This document shows positions 38,305-48,540 of a DNA stretch of 64,000 nt, piece after piece. Numbering within the stretch: the stretch's first letter is position 1; each line of letters begins with the position of its first letter. The notes under the pieces are model-generated. The model did not search any database and was not told where the DNA came from. It saw nothing but the letters and a program-made list of their open reading frames with translations. The translations under genes and the position numbers were made by a program. The DNA is from a virus (Duplodnaviria > Caudoviricetes). The DNA lies in IMG/VR virus record IMGVR_UViG_3300033074_001783, positions 54,964-118,963 of that record. One strand, 5' to 3'.

Positions 38305-39848
38305 TATTCTATCACCTTAAAAGAAAACCCTTGATTTAATATCAAATAATCACGATTATTTTCACGGATTAAAAATTCCAACTCATACATTTGATTTATC
38401 TCTAGATCTTCCATGTGCATGTCAAAGTACATACCTTCGCCATCGCTTGAAAGTTTTGTTCCGTTGTAAACGGTATCAAACGGAATTGCTATTTGTTGAC
38501 TATACGGCACTTTCAACCTCCAGTGCATGTTGGCATACACTTCTGAGGCTAATTCTACTGGTATCATGTTGTGTCGTAAATCTGTGTTAAAATCTTGAAC
38601 AAAAACACGAAATCTGACTATCTCGTTTTTAGAATATTGGTATTTCAAATTTATGATATTCATCATAAAATTTCGTTCCGCAACATTGCTTGCCGTTCCA
38701 ATCATTTTTTTGATTGTCAGATAACTTGCAGAAGTAAACGTAACCGTGCGATCAAGTGATTGCCACAAAGGCAAAAAACTGGCCTTTTCATCATTCGCAA
38801 GAAACGATTTAAGGTAATCTGAATTTGAATCAAGACTGAATGTGGCGTAGTAAATGCCTTCCTGTTCTCTGGAGCCAGTGAAGGAACTTGAAAAATAAAC
38901 AAAAGAAGATGAGTAATAGGTCACATTCGCTTTGTGCGTATCGCTATAACTCGTTGTCAACACGTTTATGCTTTTAGAACCAACCAGTGTTAGCATCAAA
39001 GGAGAAGAGCCTGACATCGGAAAACTTCCAGAATAGAAATCTTCGTTTGTTCCGAATGGACGATTGAAAATATAAATTTTGTTCTGTCTGTTGAAATAGG
39101 CATTTAAAGATGTGTCTGTCGTGCTGTCATCAAAATGCAAATCTATTCTCGGATGAGTTAAATGATCTCTGGTGTGTCTTGTTGAAAAACGTTTTACAAA
39201 ATAAGTTGTTTCATTTTCTTCCTCAGATGGCGTGTAAGAAAGCCTGAAACCGTAATCTGGAATTACTCCAGCAACCACTCCAGATACCAGAGTTGTCACA
39301 TCCATACAGAGGTTTTCGTCTCCTCTTGCAAAGCTCTGTGTAACCCACAGTGGAACACTACCAATAGAAGGAGAGAGAGTACCAGAAACATAGTAATCCA
39401 AATCACTTGTTCCAAGCGTGCCGGATGCCATAACCCCACCAGACGCCCAAAGATTGCCCACCGAAGAAGACAACCAATTGGTTGCATCAATATCCCTGTA
39501 GCCAATTACATCTATTCCTCTCCCTTCTTGGAAACTTCTTGCAAGAGGCGCAAGAGAGAGGGTATAGTTTGATGGAACAGGGTGACCCGAATAAATGTCA
39601 GACAAACGTAAAAAACATTTAAAATTTGGTTGTGTTAAATTAGAAGAAGAAATAGAAGACAAGTCAAATTTTAATAAACCCCTGCTTATCTCAACGGGCG
39701 CTACCGTGCCGGATAGAAACGTTTCATCAAACAGTTTATATAAATCCAATGTACCAGCTTGCCCTGTGTTGGAATCATACACACGACTGCCTTGTACTAT
39801 TTTTGATGTGACATAAGCGTCTTGAATGCACGGTAGAATTCTTCTCAT
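38304..39848 (-). CDS. virion protein with DNRLRE/CBM96-like N-terminal domain
   Basis: QDAYV...SNTG...SRGLLKFDLS...MDVTTLV...YGFRL...PRI pattern. Confidence 0.6.
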   Translation of the reverse strand: MRRILPCIQDAYVTSKIVQGSRVYDSNTGQAGTLDLYKLFDETFLSGTVAPVEISRGLLKFDLSSISSSNLTQPNFKCFLRLSDIYSGHPVPSNYTLSLAPLARSFQEGRGIDVIGYRDIDATNWLSSSVGNLWASGGVMASGTLGTSDLDYYVSGTLSPSIGSVPLWVTQSFARGDENLCMDVTTLVSGVVAGVIPDYGFRLSYTPSEEENETTYFVKRFSTRHTRDHLTHPRIDLHFDDSTTDTSLNAYFNRQNKIYIFNRPFGTNEDFYSGSFPMSGSSPLMLTLVGSKSINVLTTSYSDTHKANVTYYSSSFVYFSSSFTGSREQEGIYYATFSLDSNSDYLKSFLANDEKASFLPLWQSLDRTVTFTSASYLTIKKMIGTASNVAERNFMMNIINLKYQYSKNEIVRFRVFVQDFNTDLRHNMIPVELASEVYANMHWRLKVPYSQQIAIPFDTVYNGTKLSSDGEGMYFDMHMEDLEINQMYELEFLIRENNRDYLILNQGFSFKVIE

Positions 39849-39856
39849 GATACCCT

Positions 39857-40351
39857 TTATTTTTCTGCCACGAGACCCAAAGCTCTGTATGCGGCGCCGA
39901 GGTTGTCTCTTACTTTTGCAGCCATACTTTGTGCTTTTGGCGCATTGGTAGCCTCTCTAGCAATAAGATCATATATGTTTACCAAACCTTCAATAATTTG
40001 ACCGTGACCAATTCTTTGGTCAAAGAATTTTGGTTCATTGATTTTTGCGGCACCTTTGATGATCATTTGATTACCAACTTTCAACCCCAAGATCAAATGA
40101 TCATTCCGTGTTGTTGGAGTTGGTTTTGGCTCAGATGGTTTTGCTGTCTCTTTCCAAGAAGGAGAGCCAATCCTTGTTGCAGGCGTAGGCGCAGGTTGTG
40201 TGGGAGCAGGACTTGGTGTTTGTCCCAATTTTGATCCGTCTGTTGGTTGGTTTTTACGACCAGTTATCTTGTCCCAAAAACCAGCTTCTTCCAACTCTTG
40301 TTCTTCTTCTGTAACGAGTTGTTCTAAAAGTAGAAATTCTTGTATTTGCAT
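39857..40351 (-). CDS. putative internal head protein with acidic leader and Pro/Thr-rich linker
   Basis: MQIQEFLLLEQLVTEEEQELEEAG leader; TPSPAPTQPAPTPAT linker; TACTTA upstream. Confidence 0.55.
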   Translation of the reverse strand: MQIQEFLLLEQLVTEEEQELEEAGFWDKITGRKNQPTDGSKLGQTPSPAPTQPAPTPATRIGSPSWKETAKPSEPKPTPTTRNDHLILGLKVGNQMIIKGAAKINEPKFFDQRIGHGQIIEGLVNIYDLIAREATNAPKAQSMAAKVRDNLGAAYRALGLVAEK

Positions 40352-40356
40352 GAACG

Positions 40357-40362
40357 TAAGTA
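40357..40362 (-). promoter_or_regulatory. candidate late-promoter motif TANTTA (TACTTA)
   Basis: 5 nt upstream of ATG 40351. Confidence 0.4.
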
Positions 40363-40372
40363 TGAAGAAACT

Positions 40373-42214
40373 TCACACCACGGTTCCTATGAGGTCATGT
40401 TCTTTGTATTTGATTTCAAACATAGATCCCGGTGGTCCTATCAAGAGTCCTTTGTAGGTGTTGGAAGAAACATCAAATTGAACATCACTATAGGTACGAG
40501 TACCAGCAGTGCCGGTTATGTTACGAAACTGCAAATTCTGTACGCTAACAACACCTTGGTTGTTGAAAATAATGTTTCTCACATGCTCAAGGCTAAGTGC
40601 TTGATCAATTTCAAATTTTTTAATGTTGAAATAATCAGCCAGTTTTACCAAAACTCCTTGCAATATCTGTTGTTTGTTGTTTGAATCTGGGTCTGCAACA
40701 ATGGTAAATTCCAATTGCAAATTCACAACAGCAACATCCAGAATATCGTAAGCATCGCTGATCAATCTAAATTCATTGAGATATTTTGCAATGTTCTTTT
40801 TAAGTAAATCTGGTGCTATGGCCAGTTCTCCGTTTTGATTGCGAGAAATTACATAAATCCTTGTAGCAAGAGGATTGTTTGGGTTCTCTCTGGTTGCCAC
40901 TCTGAATGCACGACCAAAATTAGATGGCATCCTGTATATTCTTGAAATTAAATCTGGATTAGAAACTATTCTTCCTTGGGCGTTTTTTGCGCTACCAATC
41001 AACATTTTCAGATCGTCCAAAGTTGGAGGATCATCTCCTCCTCCTCCTTCTTTCAAATTTGTTGCGTCCGTTGAATCTCTTACGAAAGCAGCAACAGAAC
41101 TGGTTGGTGAATTTGGAAAAGACATGTTTAGAGTTCCAACACCGCGAATACTTTTTGGAGGAATGTTGTGCGACAGACCGCCTCCATATCTGTAAACAAC
41201 GGTCAAAGTCGTGTTTGGTGCAATGACGCCCAATGTTGAGGTTTGCAACAAGTTGCCGGGATTTATTGCAAATCTTGAAAAAGATGTTTTTCCATACAAA
41301 GGAAGTGCAAACTCGCTTGGATCGGGCACAATGTCATCATTAAGTGTTTGAGCGTTGCCGCCGCCAAATGTCAAAGATGTTAGTCTTGAAGAAATGGACA
41401 TCTGTTTGGTAAATCTGTATGGCGCAGGGGTTATTACCAATGCTTCTTTGACAAGTTGTCTATCGGCCCCTCTGTTTACAACACTTTGGAAAACTGTATC
41501 TTGTGTCAAGTTTTCCACTTCATAATAAACATTTCCAACGTCATCTGTCACGGAGATTATTTCTGTGACATTTTCTTTGGAGAGAGTTACTTTCTTAAAA
41601 GCCTCAAAAGAGCCAATGTCAAAAGTTTCATAAGCGCGCAATCCAGAAACACAAATTCCGTCAAGCGTCATCACGAAACTTGTTGGCATTCCGTTGGCGT
41701 CCACACTTCCAATGGTTACTCCAGCTTTATAACCGTTGTCGTTCAGTTCTCTGAAATCCAATGTTTCAATGAGTTCAAAAACAACGCCTCCATCTGAGAT
41801 AAGGGTTGTACCGGCTTGAATAACAGGTAAAGCACTTGTTAGAATTTCAGGAGGAGAAGAGCCGGGTCTTATTGGAACTTTTATGTAAAAAGTGCCAGTA
41901 ACCACTGCTGACGCAGCGCCTACAATCTCTACGTTACTGGCTCTAAGATGTCTCTCTATGTTTTTCGGTTCTACCGCTGTTTCTGGATTTAGTTCATGAA
42001 ACAAGTGGTCTTGGTAATAAGACATTACGTCACCGACGTACGCGTTCATTTCCAAAAACAACCCTCCGAGGCTGTTTTCGCTGAAATCTTTGTTTACGTC
42101 AGGGAAAAATTGTGCGCCGTGATTTTTCAAATCGGCTCTAAATCCATCAAAATCGCGATTAAGATATTTTCTGTCTTTAACCGATTTGAGGAGTTGTCTG
42201 CGGCTGTCTATCAT
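40373..42214 (-). CDS. baseplate wedge subunit (T4 gp6/baseplate J-like)
   Basis: YLNRDFDGFR..L, DFSENSLGGLFLEMNAYVGDVMSYYQD, LTFGGG, YRYGGG, GGGD, AQGRIVS..D. Confidence 0.88.
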   Translation of the reverse strand: MIDSRRQLLKSVKDRKYLNRDFDGFRADLKNHGAQFFPDVNKDFSENSLGGLFLEMNAYVGDVMSYYQDHLFHELNPETAVEPKNIERHLRASNVEIVGAASAVVTGTFYIKVPIRPGSSPPEILTSALPVIQAGTTLISDGGVVFELIETLDFRELNDNGYKAGVTIGSVDANGMPTSFVMTLDGICVSGLRAYETFDIGSFEAFKKVTLSKENVTEIISVTDDVGNVYYEVENLTQDTVFQSVVNRGADRQLVKEALVITPAPYRFTKQMSISSRLTSLTFGGGNAQTLNDDIVPDPSEFALPLYGKTSFSRFAINPGNLLQTSTLGVIAPNTTLTVVYRYGGGLSHNIPPKSIRGVGTLNMSFPNSPTSSVAAFVRDSTDATNLKEGGGGDDPPTLDDLKMLIGSAKNAQGRIVSNPDLISRIYRMPSNFGRAFRVATRENPNNPLATRIYVISRNQNGELAIAPDLLKKNIAKYLNEFRLISDAYDILDVAVVNLQLEFTIVADPDSNNKQQILQGVLVKLADYFNIKKFEIDQALSLEHVRNIIFNNQGVVSVQNLQFRNITGTAGTRTYSDVQFDVSSNTYKGLLIGPPGSMFEIKYKEHDLIGTVV

Positions 42215-42218
42215 GTGT

Positions 42219-42698
42219 TTAGATAGCGAACAATGTTATTTCAATCAATTTTTGACCAATGGACGCTTTTGGAACAGAATATTGGACAAATATTTTAATA
42301 ATCCCTGTATACTGATTGTTGTGATACTGTACTTCCGACCTATAACCGTCAAGTTGAATGAATGGCATATATTTCGCCACGGCGGTGTTGATTCTCAACA
42401 TCGCTTCACTGTCAAAATCTTCTTCTGAACTATAGTCTGCGGCCAATGGCAAAAGATTTGCTCCGTAATCCCCAAGGACAAGTCTTTCTCCGTGATTGGT
42501 CAACAACAAATTTTTTAAGTTGTCTTCTATCTGACTTTCCAATGTCATGTTCATGGCAAAGGTTCCTTGATCCCTTTGTCCCATTGCAAGAGGTGTTTTA
42601 ATGCCAATTGGCATTAAACTTTGAGACACCGTTTGTATCATGCGTGTCTCAAACTGACGAACCCCTACATTTTTAAATGTTGCAAAGCTTTGTGACAT
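42219..42698 (-). CDS. baseplate gp25/GPW-like protein
   Basis: QIEDNLKNLLLTNHGER...YGANL...AKYMPFI; adjacent to gp6-like gene. Confidence 0.88.
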   Translation of the reverse strand: MSQSFATFKNVGVRQFETRMIQTVSQSLMPIGIKTPLAMGQRDQGTFAMNMTLESQIEDNLKNLLLTNHGERLVLGDYGANLLPLAADYSSEEDFDSEAMLRINTAVAKYMPFIQLDGYRSEVQYHNNQYTGIIKIFVQYSVPKASIGQKLIEITLFAI

Positions 42699-42707
42699 GA
42701 TTTTCTT

Positions 42708-42956
42708 TCATGGATTATAGGCGTTAAAACCTGTGGCATTAACCACTACCGTACCAGTACCAACCCCTTGGAATGCACCGGGCATTTTCAAAGCATTTGC
42801 CATGCTGATCATGTTTATTTTGACATAATGTTCAATCGCCGCAGATATTTTTTCAACGACTTCTTCTCTTGTTTGGACGCCTTCATCTGGGGTAGAAGTA
42901 CCTCTGGTTGTGAGGGCGTTTCTTATTTCTTGTCTCAGTGTCAATTCACCAGCCAT
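42708..42956 (-). CDS. small baseplate-region protein
   Basis: 82 aa, GAGG upstream, between the gp5-like and gp25-like genes. Confidence 0.55.
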   Translation of the reverse strand: MAGELTLRQEIRNALTTRGTSTPDEGVQTREEVVEKISAAIEHYVKINMISMANALKMPGAFQGVGTGTVVVNATGFNAYNP

Positions 42957-42965
42957 GTTATTTCC

Positions 42966-44555
42966 TCATTCTCCAAACAATTTTCTACTCTTGGCGTCCA
43001 CTGGATTGATCGTGTCAATCCGTTGTTTGACGGCATTGATTACGTTCCCTGTTTCTTGGTCAACAAGTGGCCCCACGGCTGCAAGTGTGGCAATGGGAAC
43101 AAATGGAGATGCAACAGAATTGACAAATGCTCTATTGTAGGCAGTTGTAATTGTTTTCATTTGATCAGCTAGGGTTTTAATTTGATTTTTTAATTCTGTG
43201 ATATGACTTTCATAAACAGACCATTTGATATAAGGCTCATTTTTGGCGGTTGCTTGACCAAGATAAATTTCTTTGGCTTCTAGTTGCGCAGAACCTCCTT
43301 CAAGAAACAAGAACGACAAATCATCATTTGCCGCACCTTCTCTGAGAATCAAAACATCACCAGAAACATTTGGATCAGTTTCTTTTCTTCCAACAACTCT
43401 TACGTGATCCGCTTTGGCAACTACGTAAGAGTTTCCAATGCCACCTTCCGTTGAAGGTGTTTGTGTTGGTTTTTTTGTGTTTGGAGGATAGTTTAAACCT
43501 GTTCTTTCGTCTGTTGAATGACCTGTGCGGAAATTATCATCTCCGAGAGTGTTCATTGAAACATAAACTCTGGCGGCATCTCGTTTGAAATCCGCGTTGC
43601 CTTCATTTGGATTTCTGGTTTTATTTTGTGTCGCCAACGTTTTGTTGGTTTCTTTGTCCCCTCTTGAATTCACTACAGAGGCAGGCGAAGTGCCTGTTTT
43701 TTCGCTGGTTGGGTTTGGTTCAATTGAAGGGTTGTAAGGAATGCCACCTCTTCCTCTGCCACAAACAACATCCACAGTTCCAGCGTAAGAAATTCTGTCT
43801 TTCTGATTACTTCCGCTAACTCTAAGAGCCGGTCCTGTTCTATCTTGGCCCAACACAATCAGAGAATTGTTCATTCCTTGGAACACCAACTCCTGCGGTC
43901 TTTTTACCCATCTTGGAACAGGTTCTTTTTGTGCTATTTTTGCTGCGGAAGAATTGTTGACAATGGCATCATAAGGATTTGTACTGCCACTTGGCATGAG
44001 CGTATATGCCCCCGCAACACCTGCACCATTCGGGAATGTTGGGGTTTGGGTTGTTGTAGCATTGTCAGACAATCTACGAAAAGAAGGAATTAAATTTGGA
44101 TCAAGTCTTCTGTCGGAGTGAGTGTAGTTTACATCTTCTATGAAACTGTTTTCATGAATTCTTGAAACCCATTTACCATTTGTTGATCCGTGAGCTTCGT
44201 AATCTTCAAAAATAATGTAAACCATTTCTCCTGCCTGTAATGGCAGTTGGAAATGTGAACAAAACAAAGGAAGAAATATGGCAGGATTGTTGTTTGTTAA
44301 ATCTTGACCATTTGTTACCAATCGTCCAATGATTGTGTTGGGCGGCATAGTGTCAACAAACTCTGGATTTGACACCATGTTTTTTATGTTTGTTTTTGTG
44401 GCTTCATCTAAAGAATCTGGATCAAACAACACGTCAACAACAACAGCCTTGAAAAGATTTGGTGTTGTTCCACGAGTCAGAGAGGCTCTTGCATCGGCAC
44501 CAACTTCTGAGGTGCCGACTCCTCCAACCATTCTTCTGGTTACACTGATCCCCAT
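42966..44555 (-). CDS. baseplate hub/spike protein (gp5/VgrG-like, no evident lysozyme domain)
   Basis: N-terminal OB-like KAVVVDV..LP..GEMVYI; ELVFQG.NNSLIVLG, VVAKADHVRVVGR, IYLG beta-repeat pattern; position before gp25. Confidence 0.65.
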   Translation of the reverse strand: MGISVTRRMVGGVGTSEVGADARASLTRGTTPNLFKAVVVDVLFDPDSLDEATKTNIKNMVSNPEFVDTMPPNTIIGRLVTNGQDLTNNNPAIFLPLFCSHFQLPLQAGEMVYIIFEDYEAHGSTNGKWVSRIHENSFIEDVNYTHSDRRLDPNLIPSFRRLSDNATTTQTPTFPNGAGVAGAYTLMPSGSTNPYDAIVNNSSAAKIAQKEPVPRWVKRPQELVFQGMNNSLIVLGQDRTGPALRVSGSNQKDRISYAGTVDVVCGRGRGGIPYNPSIEPNPTSEKTGTSPASVVNSRGDKETNKTLATQNKTRNPNEGNADFKRDAARVYVSMNTLGDDNFRTGHSTDERTGLNYPPNTKKPTQTPSTEGGIGNSYVVAKADHVRVVGRKETDPNVSGDVLILREGAANDDLSFLFLEGGSAQLEAKEIYLGQATAKNEPYIKWSVYESHITELKNQIKTLADQMKTITTAYNRAFVNSVASPFVPIATLAAVGPLVDQETGNVINAVKQRIDTINPVDAKSRKLFGE

Positions 44556-44556
44556 T

Positions 44557-44961
44557 TCAAATCTTCTTTTTGTTTTTTAACAACCTGTCATATATGTTGA
44601 CAGGTTCATCTTCTTCGTGAGTGTTGTTGTCTTTTGCTTTATCAACCAACTCCGCTAGTTTCAGCAGTTGACCATTTGCTTTTTCCATTCTCTCAAGGTA
44701 TTTTGCCAAATTTGGTCCATGTATTGCGTGCATGTCTGGTTTGCTGTGACAGTTGATGTAAAGATCAACGTACGCTATGTTGGCGTGTTTGCGATCTGTA
44801 ACAGCATTCTCATAGATCTGCCGCCACAAGGCTTTCATTTTACTGTCTAACGAAGAAATGCCGTCCAATAATGCAACAAATTCTCCTAGTTTAGAAGTAA
44901 TTTGTTCTTCCATTTCCTCGGAATTGGTTTGTTGAATGGGGCAGTTGGCGTTGTCGGTCAT
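44557..44961 (-). CDS. helical hypothetical protein
   Basis: 134 aa, ATGA-coupled to the sigma-like gene. Confidence 0.65.
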   Translation of the reverse strand: MTDNANCPIQQTNSEEMEEQITSKLGEFVALLDGISSLDSKMKALWRQIYENAVTDRKHANIAYVDLYINCHSKPDMHAIHGPNLAKYLERMEKANGQLLKLAELVDKAKDNNTHEEDEPVNIYDRLLKNKKKI

Positions 44962-45707
44962 AACACAAATTCTCCGTTTCTACGCAAGTCTTTATATTGT
45001 TTTTTCAGATTTGACAAAACAACCGAAAGTTGTTTGGGAGACAAAGAAGTTATATCTCTCACATACGCAAGCACTGCCCTTTTGTTTATCAGGTCTATTT
45101 CTTCAACACTGTCAAGTATGATACTAATTGCATCTACGCACAAAATTTCATTGGGTGTGCGAGATTTTGTTTTCATGTGTTCAAGTATTTTTTTAATATT
45201 CTCACGAAATTCTTCATGGGAAGAAACTTCATCACATGCTGGCAAAAAATTATGTCCTTCAATTGTTTCAAGATCATGTGCTGATAATGCTTCTCTGTTA
45301 TCAATTGAAACAAACACTTGAGCATTTTTTGCATTTCTTTTGCTCATTATTGTCAACCAATGTTTCGCCACAACATTGAAATAAGCAAAAGCTTTGCTCC
45401 CTCGTGACTCATCAAATTTCATGATAATCGTATAAAGAAATTGAACGCATTCATTTCTTAAATCTTCTTTTGATTCAAAACCCGATTGAAATTTATAAAC
45501 GTTAATCAAATTGTCAACAAGGGTTTTAAACGCAAGATTTATTTCGTTTTTGTAGATCAGTTCTCTAATGTCTGGATCTGTCTCTTTTTGCAGTCTTACG
45601 ATTGCATCTTGAGTGTGCTCGTCAAAATAGTAACGTTTTGGAGAGGTGTCACCGGGTTTGCGTCTGACGATTTTTCTTTTTGGTGCTGTGGTTTGTGTTG
45701 TCATCAT
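44958..45707 (-). CDS. phage late-transcription sigma factor (T4 gp55-like)
   Basis: YYF N-terminus; DLRNECVQFL...KFDESRGSKAFAYFNVVAKHWL resembles the sigma region 2 / gp55 'FD..K...FAYF' motif. Confidence 0.7.
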   Translation of the reverse strand: MMTTQTTAPKRKIVRRKPGDTSPKRYYFDEHTQDAIVRLQKETDPDIRELIYKNEINLAFKTLVDNLINVYKFQSGFESKEDLRNECVQFLYTIIMKFDESRGSKAFAYFNVVAKHWLTIMSKRNAKNAQVFVSIDNREALSAHDLETIEGHNFLPACDEVSSHEEFRENIKKILEHMKTKSRTPNEILCVDAISIILDSVEEIDLINKRAVLAYVRDITSLSPKQLSVVLSNLKKQYKDLRRNGEFVL

Positions 45708-46015
45708 TCCTCTTCAATGGTAACGTACTTATTTTTGCTAAGACGTACGAAATCTTCCGCCACCTGTTGTGTAGCTGCTTTGCAAATTTTGACATCCTCT
45801 AAAACTTCTGTTGCTGCTTTAAGGATAGCAGGGCTATCATAAAACATTGGCATTTCAAGCAAAGCGTTCATCGTGTTTAATGTTCTTACATGAACAGCTA
45901 TGGCTTCCGATAAATGATCTTCTATTGCCATGATCGGCATTACAAGTTTGTAAATAAGATATGCTTCAAAAATCACTACTCCAAATAAAACCACGACAAA
46001 CAAATAGATCATCAT
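45704..46015 (-). CDS. membrane-anchored protein
   Basis: N-terminal hydrophobic segment IYLFVVVLFGVVIFEAYLIY followed by helical domain. Confidence 0.65.
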   Translation of the reverse strand: MMIYLFVVVLFGVVIFEAYLIYKLVMPIMAIEDHLSEAIAVHVRTLNTMNALLEMPMFYDSPAILKAATEVLEDVKICKAATQQVAEDFVRLSKNKYVTIEEE

Positions 46016-47193
46016 TGGCCAACAAACGCATCCTTTAGTGCTTCATTGTAAAGTGACTCAATATTTTTATGGCTATACTTTTCAAGTATTTTTGTTCTGA
46101 TTTCTTTTGCCCAAGCAGTAGGAATCTGTGGTTTGTCAAAAAACGTTAACATACGTTCTTTAGCATGACCCTCGTCGGCAAAAGCCCACTTTGCTCCGGG
46201 CATGAAGATTTGGTTGTCTACTCTTGAAGAGTTGATGACACCCAATTGACAGTTGATTGGCAGCCATTTCTTTGGTGGAAGAAACTCTTTGTGAGCGCTC
46301 CAATCTGTTGCCAACACAGGAAGTCCCGATGCTGCTGCTTCAAGAAGAGGCAGACCGAATCCTTCACCGTGGGTCAAGGACAACAAAGCTTTTATTTGTG
46401 GGTGCCTGTATAAAGCTCCCATTTCTTCGTCTGTTAAATCACCGTGCAACAAATAAAACTTGGGTCCATTTGGCGTCTGCAACTGATGCTGTTGCAGCAT
46501 GGTGTTGAACAAATTTTCGCACATCATCCTGTCAAGATGAGTCAAACGAAACATGTTGGTTTTAAACACAATCCCAACTTCAGGATTACCAGCAAAAGCT
46601 TCTGAAAACCATTTCAGAGTATACATGATTGATTTTCTATCATTCTCTGGGTTGTTTCCTGTTAGCTGTCCTATGACCAAAAAATTAAATGGTGTGGAGA
46701 ATTCTACTGGCAGTTGAGCGATGGATTCTTTGGAGAATGCATCTGGATAGGATTCAGGGACAACAACAATTGGAGTTGTTACTCTGCCAGAATTTAGAAA
46801 TGTTTGTTTGGTAAATTCGGACGGCACCACCACAAGCTGCATCCTGTTGATGGCTTGTATCCAAGCTGGATTGCAGATGTCTGTTTCTACCCCCGCTGTA
46901 ACGCCAACATTATAAGAGGCTGCGAAGGGATTCCATTCATTAGGAAGTTGGATTTGTACTGATATGTCGTAGAATGGTTTTGTGTTGTTTGATGATTGAA
47001 GTATTTCACCAACAAGCCCATCGCAAGCGTTTACATCTGTCAACCAAGGGGTCACTCCCCAAGGTAAGGTTTCGCAAGCAATGTCAAGTTGTTTCTCGGA
47101 TGCAACATCAAACAACCATCTCGCAATTTGACGAGCATGTGTTCCGTATCCCGACTTGCTTAAAAGTGGTCCTCTTAAAAGAACTGATTTCAT
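46012..47193 (-). CDS. glycosyltransferase GT4 (GT-B)
   Basis: SGYG, RK, EGFGLPLLEAAASGLPV. Confidence 0.9.
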   Translation of the reverse strand: MKSVLLRGPLLSKSGYGTHARQIARWLFDVASEKQLDIACETLPWGVTPWLTDVNACDGLVGEILQSSNNTKPFYDISVQIQLPNEWNPFAASYNVGVTAGVETDICNPAWIQAINRMQLVVVPSEFTKQTFLNSGRVTTPIVVVPESYPDAFSKESIAQLPVEFSTPFNFLVIGQLTGNNPENDRKSIMYTLKWFSEAFAGNPEVGIVFKTNMFRLTHLDRMMCENLFNTMLQQHQLQTPNGPKFYLLHGDLTDEEMGALYRHPQIKALLSLTHGEGFGLPLLEAAASGLPVLATDWSAHKEFLPPKKWLPINCQLGVINSSRVDNQIFMPGAKWAFADEGHAKERMLTFFDKPQIPTAWAKEIRTKILEKYSHKNIESLYNEALKDAFVGQ

Positions 47194-48524
47194 TTGTTTC
47201 TGCTACCTTTTGGTTGGTTAATTTTTGTTGAAGTTGCTTTTGTCAAATTTACTTCTTCCAATCCCAATTTGACAATTTCCCAAGTCTTTGGTTTGTTTGT
47301 TTGCCAAGTTTGCACAGTTTCTTGTAAAGTTCTGTCCCATTCTGAAATCATTTTGTCATAATTGAATTCAAAATCAGCATACGCAATACATTTTTTACCT
47401 AACTCTTCTCTTCCAAACGGCCCAAGACGGTACATTTTCAACAACGCTTCAGTTAAAGCCTTTTTGTCCACAATGTCTTCATAGATGAAGGGAACCATTT
47501 GAGAACCGATCAAACTTCTCGTGATCGGTTCTATTGCAAATCCATTTTCTGAGTTATCTCTCCAGTCCACCACCTGTCTTGTAAGACCACCTGTTTTTAA
47601 GGCAATGATTGGTTTGCCGCACTGAAGAGAAATGAGAGTTGACAATCCGAAGCCTTCTGCTTTAGAAATGGACACAGAACAGTCGGCCATGTTGTGAAGA
47701 GCATTCATCTCTTCGTAACCAATTCTTTGTGTGCTAAACACGACATTTTGTTGAATCCCCAACATGTCTGATACAGCCAACAGATTGGGTCCTTCAAGAT
47801 CTTGTGGATCTGTGTGCATGATTAACAGCGCTTCTTTATGACCCTCTTCCGCTTGCAAAAGATCAAGGAAATTCTTCCAAGATTCAAGTAAGTCAGACGG
47901 CATTTTTCGGTGAGCGTTTCGGTTAACCCACAAAACTTTAAACCAGTTTGATTTGTCTTGAAAATTTTGCCATTTCATCATCGCCACTTCTGCTTTTGGC
48001 ATTGGGAAATAAATGCTCTTTGGGAATGCGTGGGGAATATAGTTCACTTTGCCGGGAGCAGGGTGGTTGGCTTTCACCATTTCATATGTTTTCCAAGAAA
48101 GACAGTTAATCAACTCCGTAGATTCATACCAAGGATTGTTGACTGTTGGATAAGGATCATTATCCCAAACGTGCCAATAAACAATTGGACACACCTGTTT
48201 AATTTCATCCTCCACTTCCCACAACCAAATAAACTGTCTTGGATCTGTAAAAATAAACAAAGCGTCTGGCTGCTCTGTGGTCAGAATTTGTCTTACTTGT
48301 TCTCTTGTTCCAAAACCATCAACAGGTTTGATGATGAAATCAGGGGTCACTTGAACTGTGTCATAATTGTCGTGTCTGACGGCGCCACCCAAAACACGAA
48401 AAGTATATTTACCCGTGCGCAAAAGACCTTCAATCAGCATTCGTGCTTGCACACCCACGCCAGATGTGCACAGGGGATGATCTGTGAGAGCAAGTATTTT
48501 TAGTTTTCTTTGTGTGTTGTTCAT
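47190..48524 (-). CDS. glycosyltransferase GT4 (GT-B)
   Basis: TSGVG, NRNAHRK, EGFGLSTLISLQCGKPII (second catalytic E replaced). Confidence 0.88.
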   Translation of the reverse strand: MNNTQRKLKILALTDHPLCTSGVGVQARMLIEGLLRTGKYTFRVLGGAVRHDNYDTVQVTPDFIIKPVDGFGTREQVRQILTTEQPDALFIFTDPRQFIWLWEVEDEIKQVCPIVYWHVWDNDPYPTVNNPWYESTELINCLSWKTYEMVKANHPAPGKVNYIPHAFPKSIYFPMPKAEVAMMKWQNFQDKSNWFKVLWVNRNAHRKMPSDLLESWKNFLDLLQAEEGHKEALLIMHTDPQDLEGPNLLAVSDMLGIQQNVVFSTQRIGYEEMNALHNMADCSVSISKAEGFGLSTLISLQCGKPIIALKTGGLTRQVVDWRDNSENGFAIEPITRSLIGSQMVPFIYEDIVDKKALTEALLKMYRLGPFGREELGKKCIAYADFEFNYDKMISEWDRTLQETVQTWQTNKPKTWEIVKLGLEEVNLTKATSTKINQPKGSRNK

Positions 48525-48540
48525 ACCACTTTTTTTCTTC

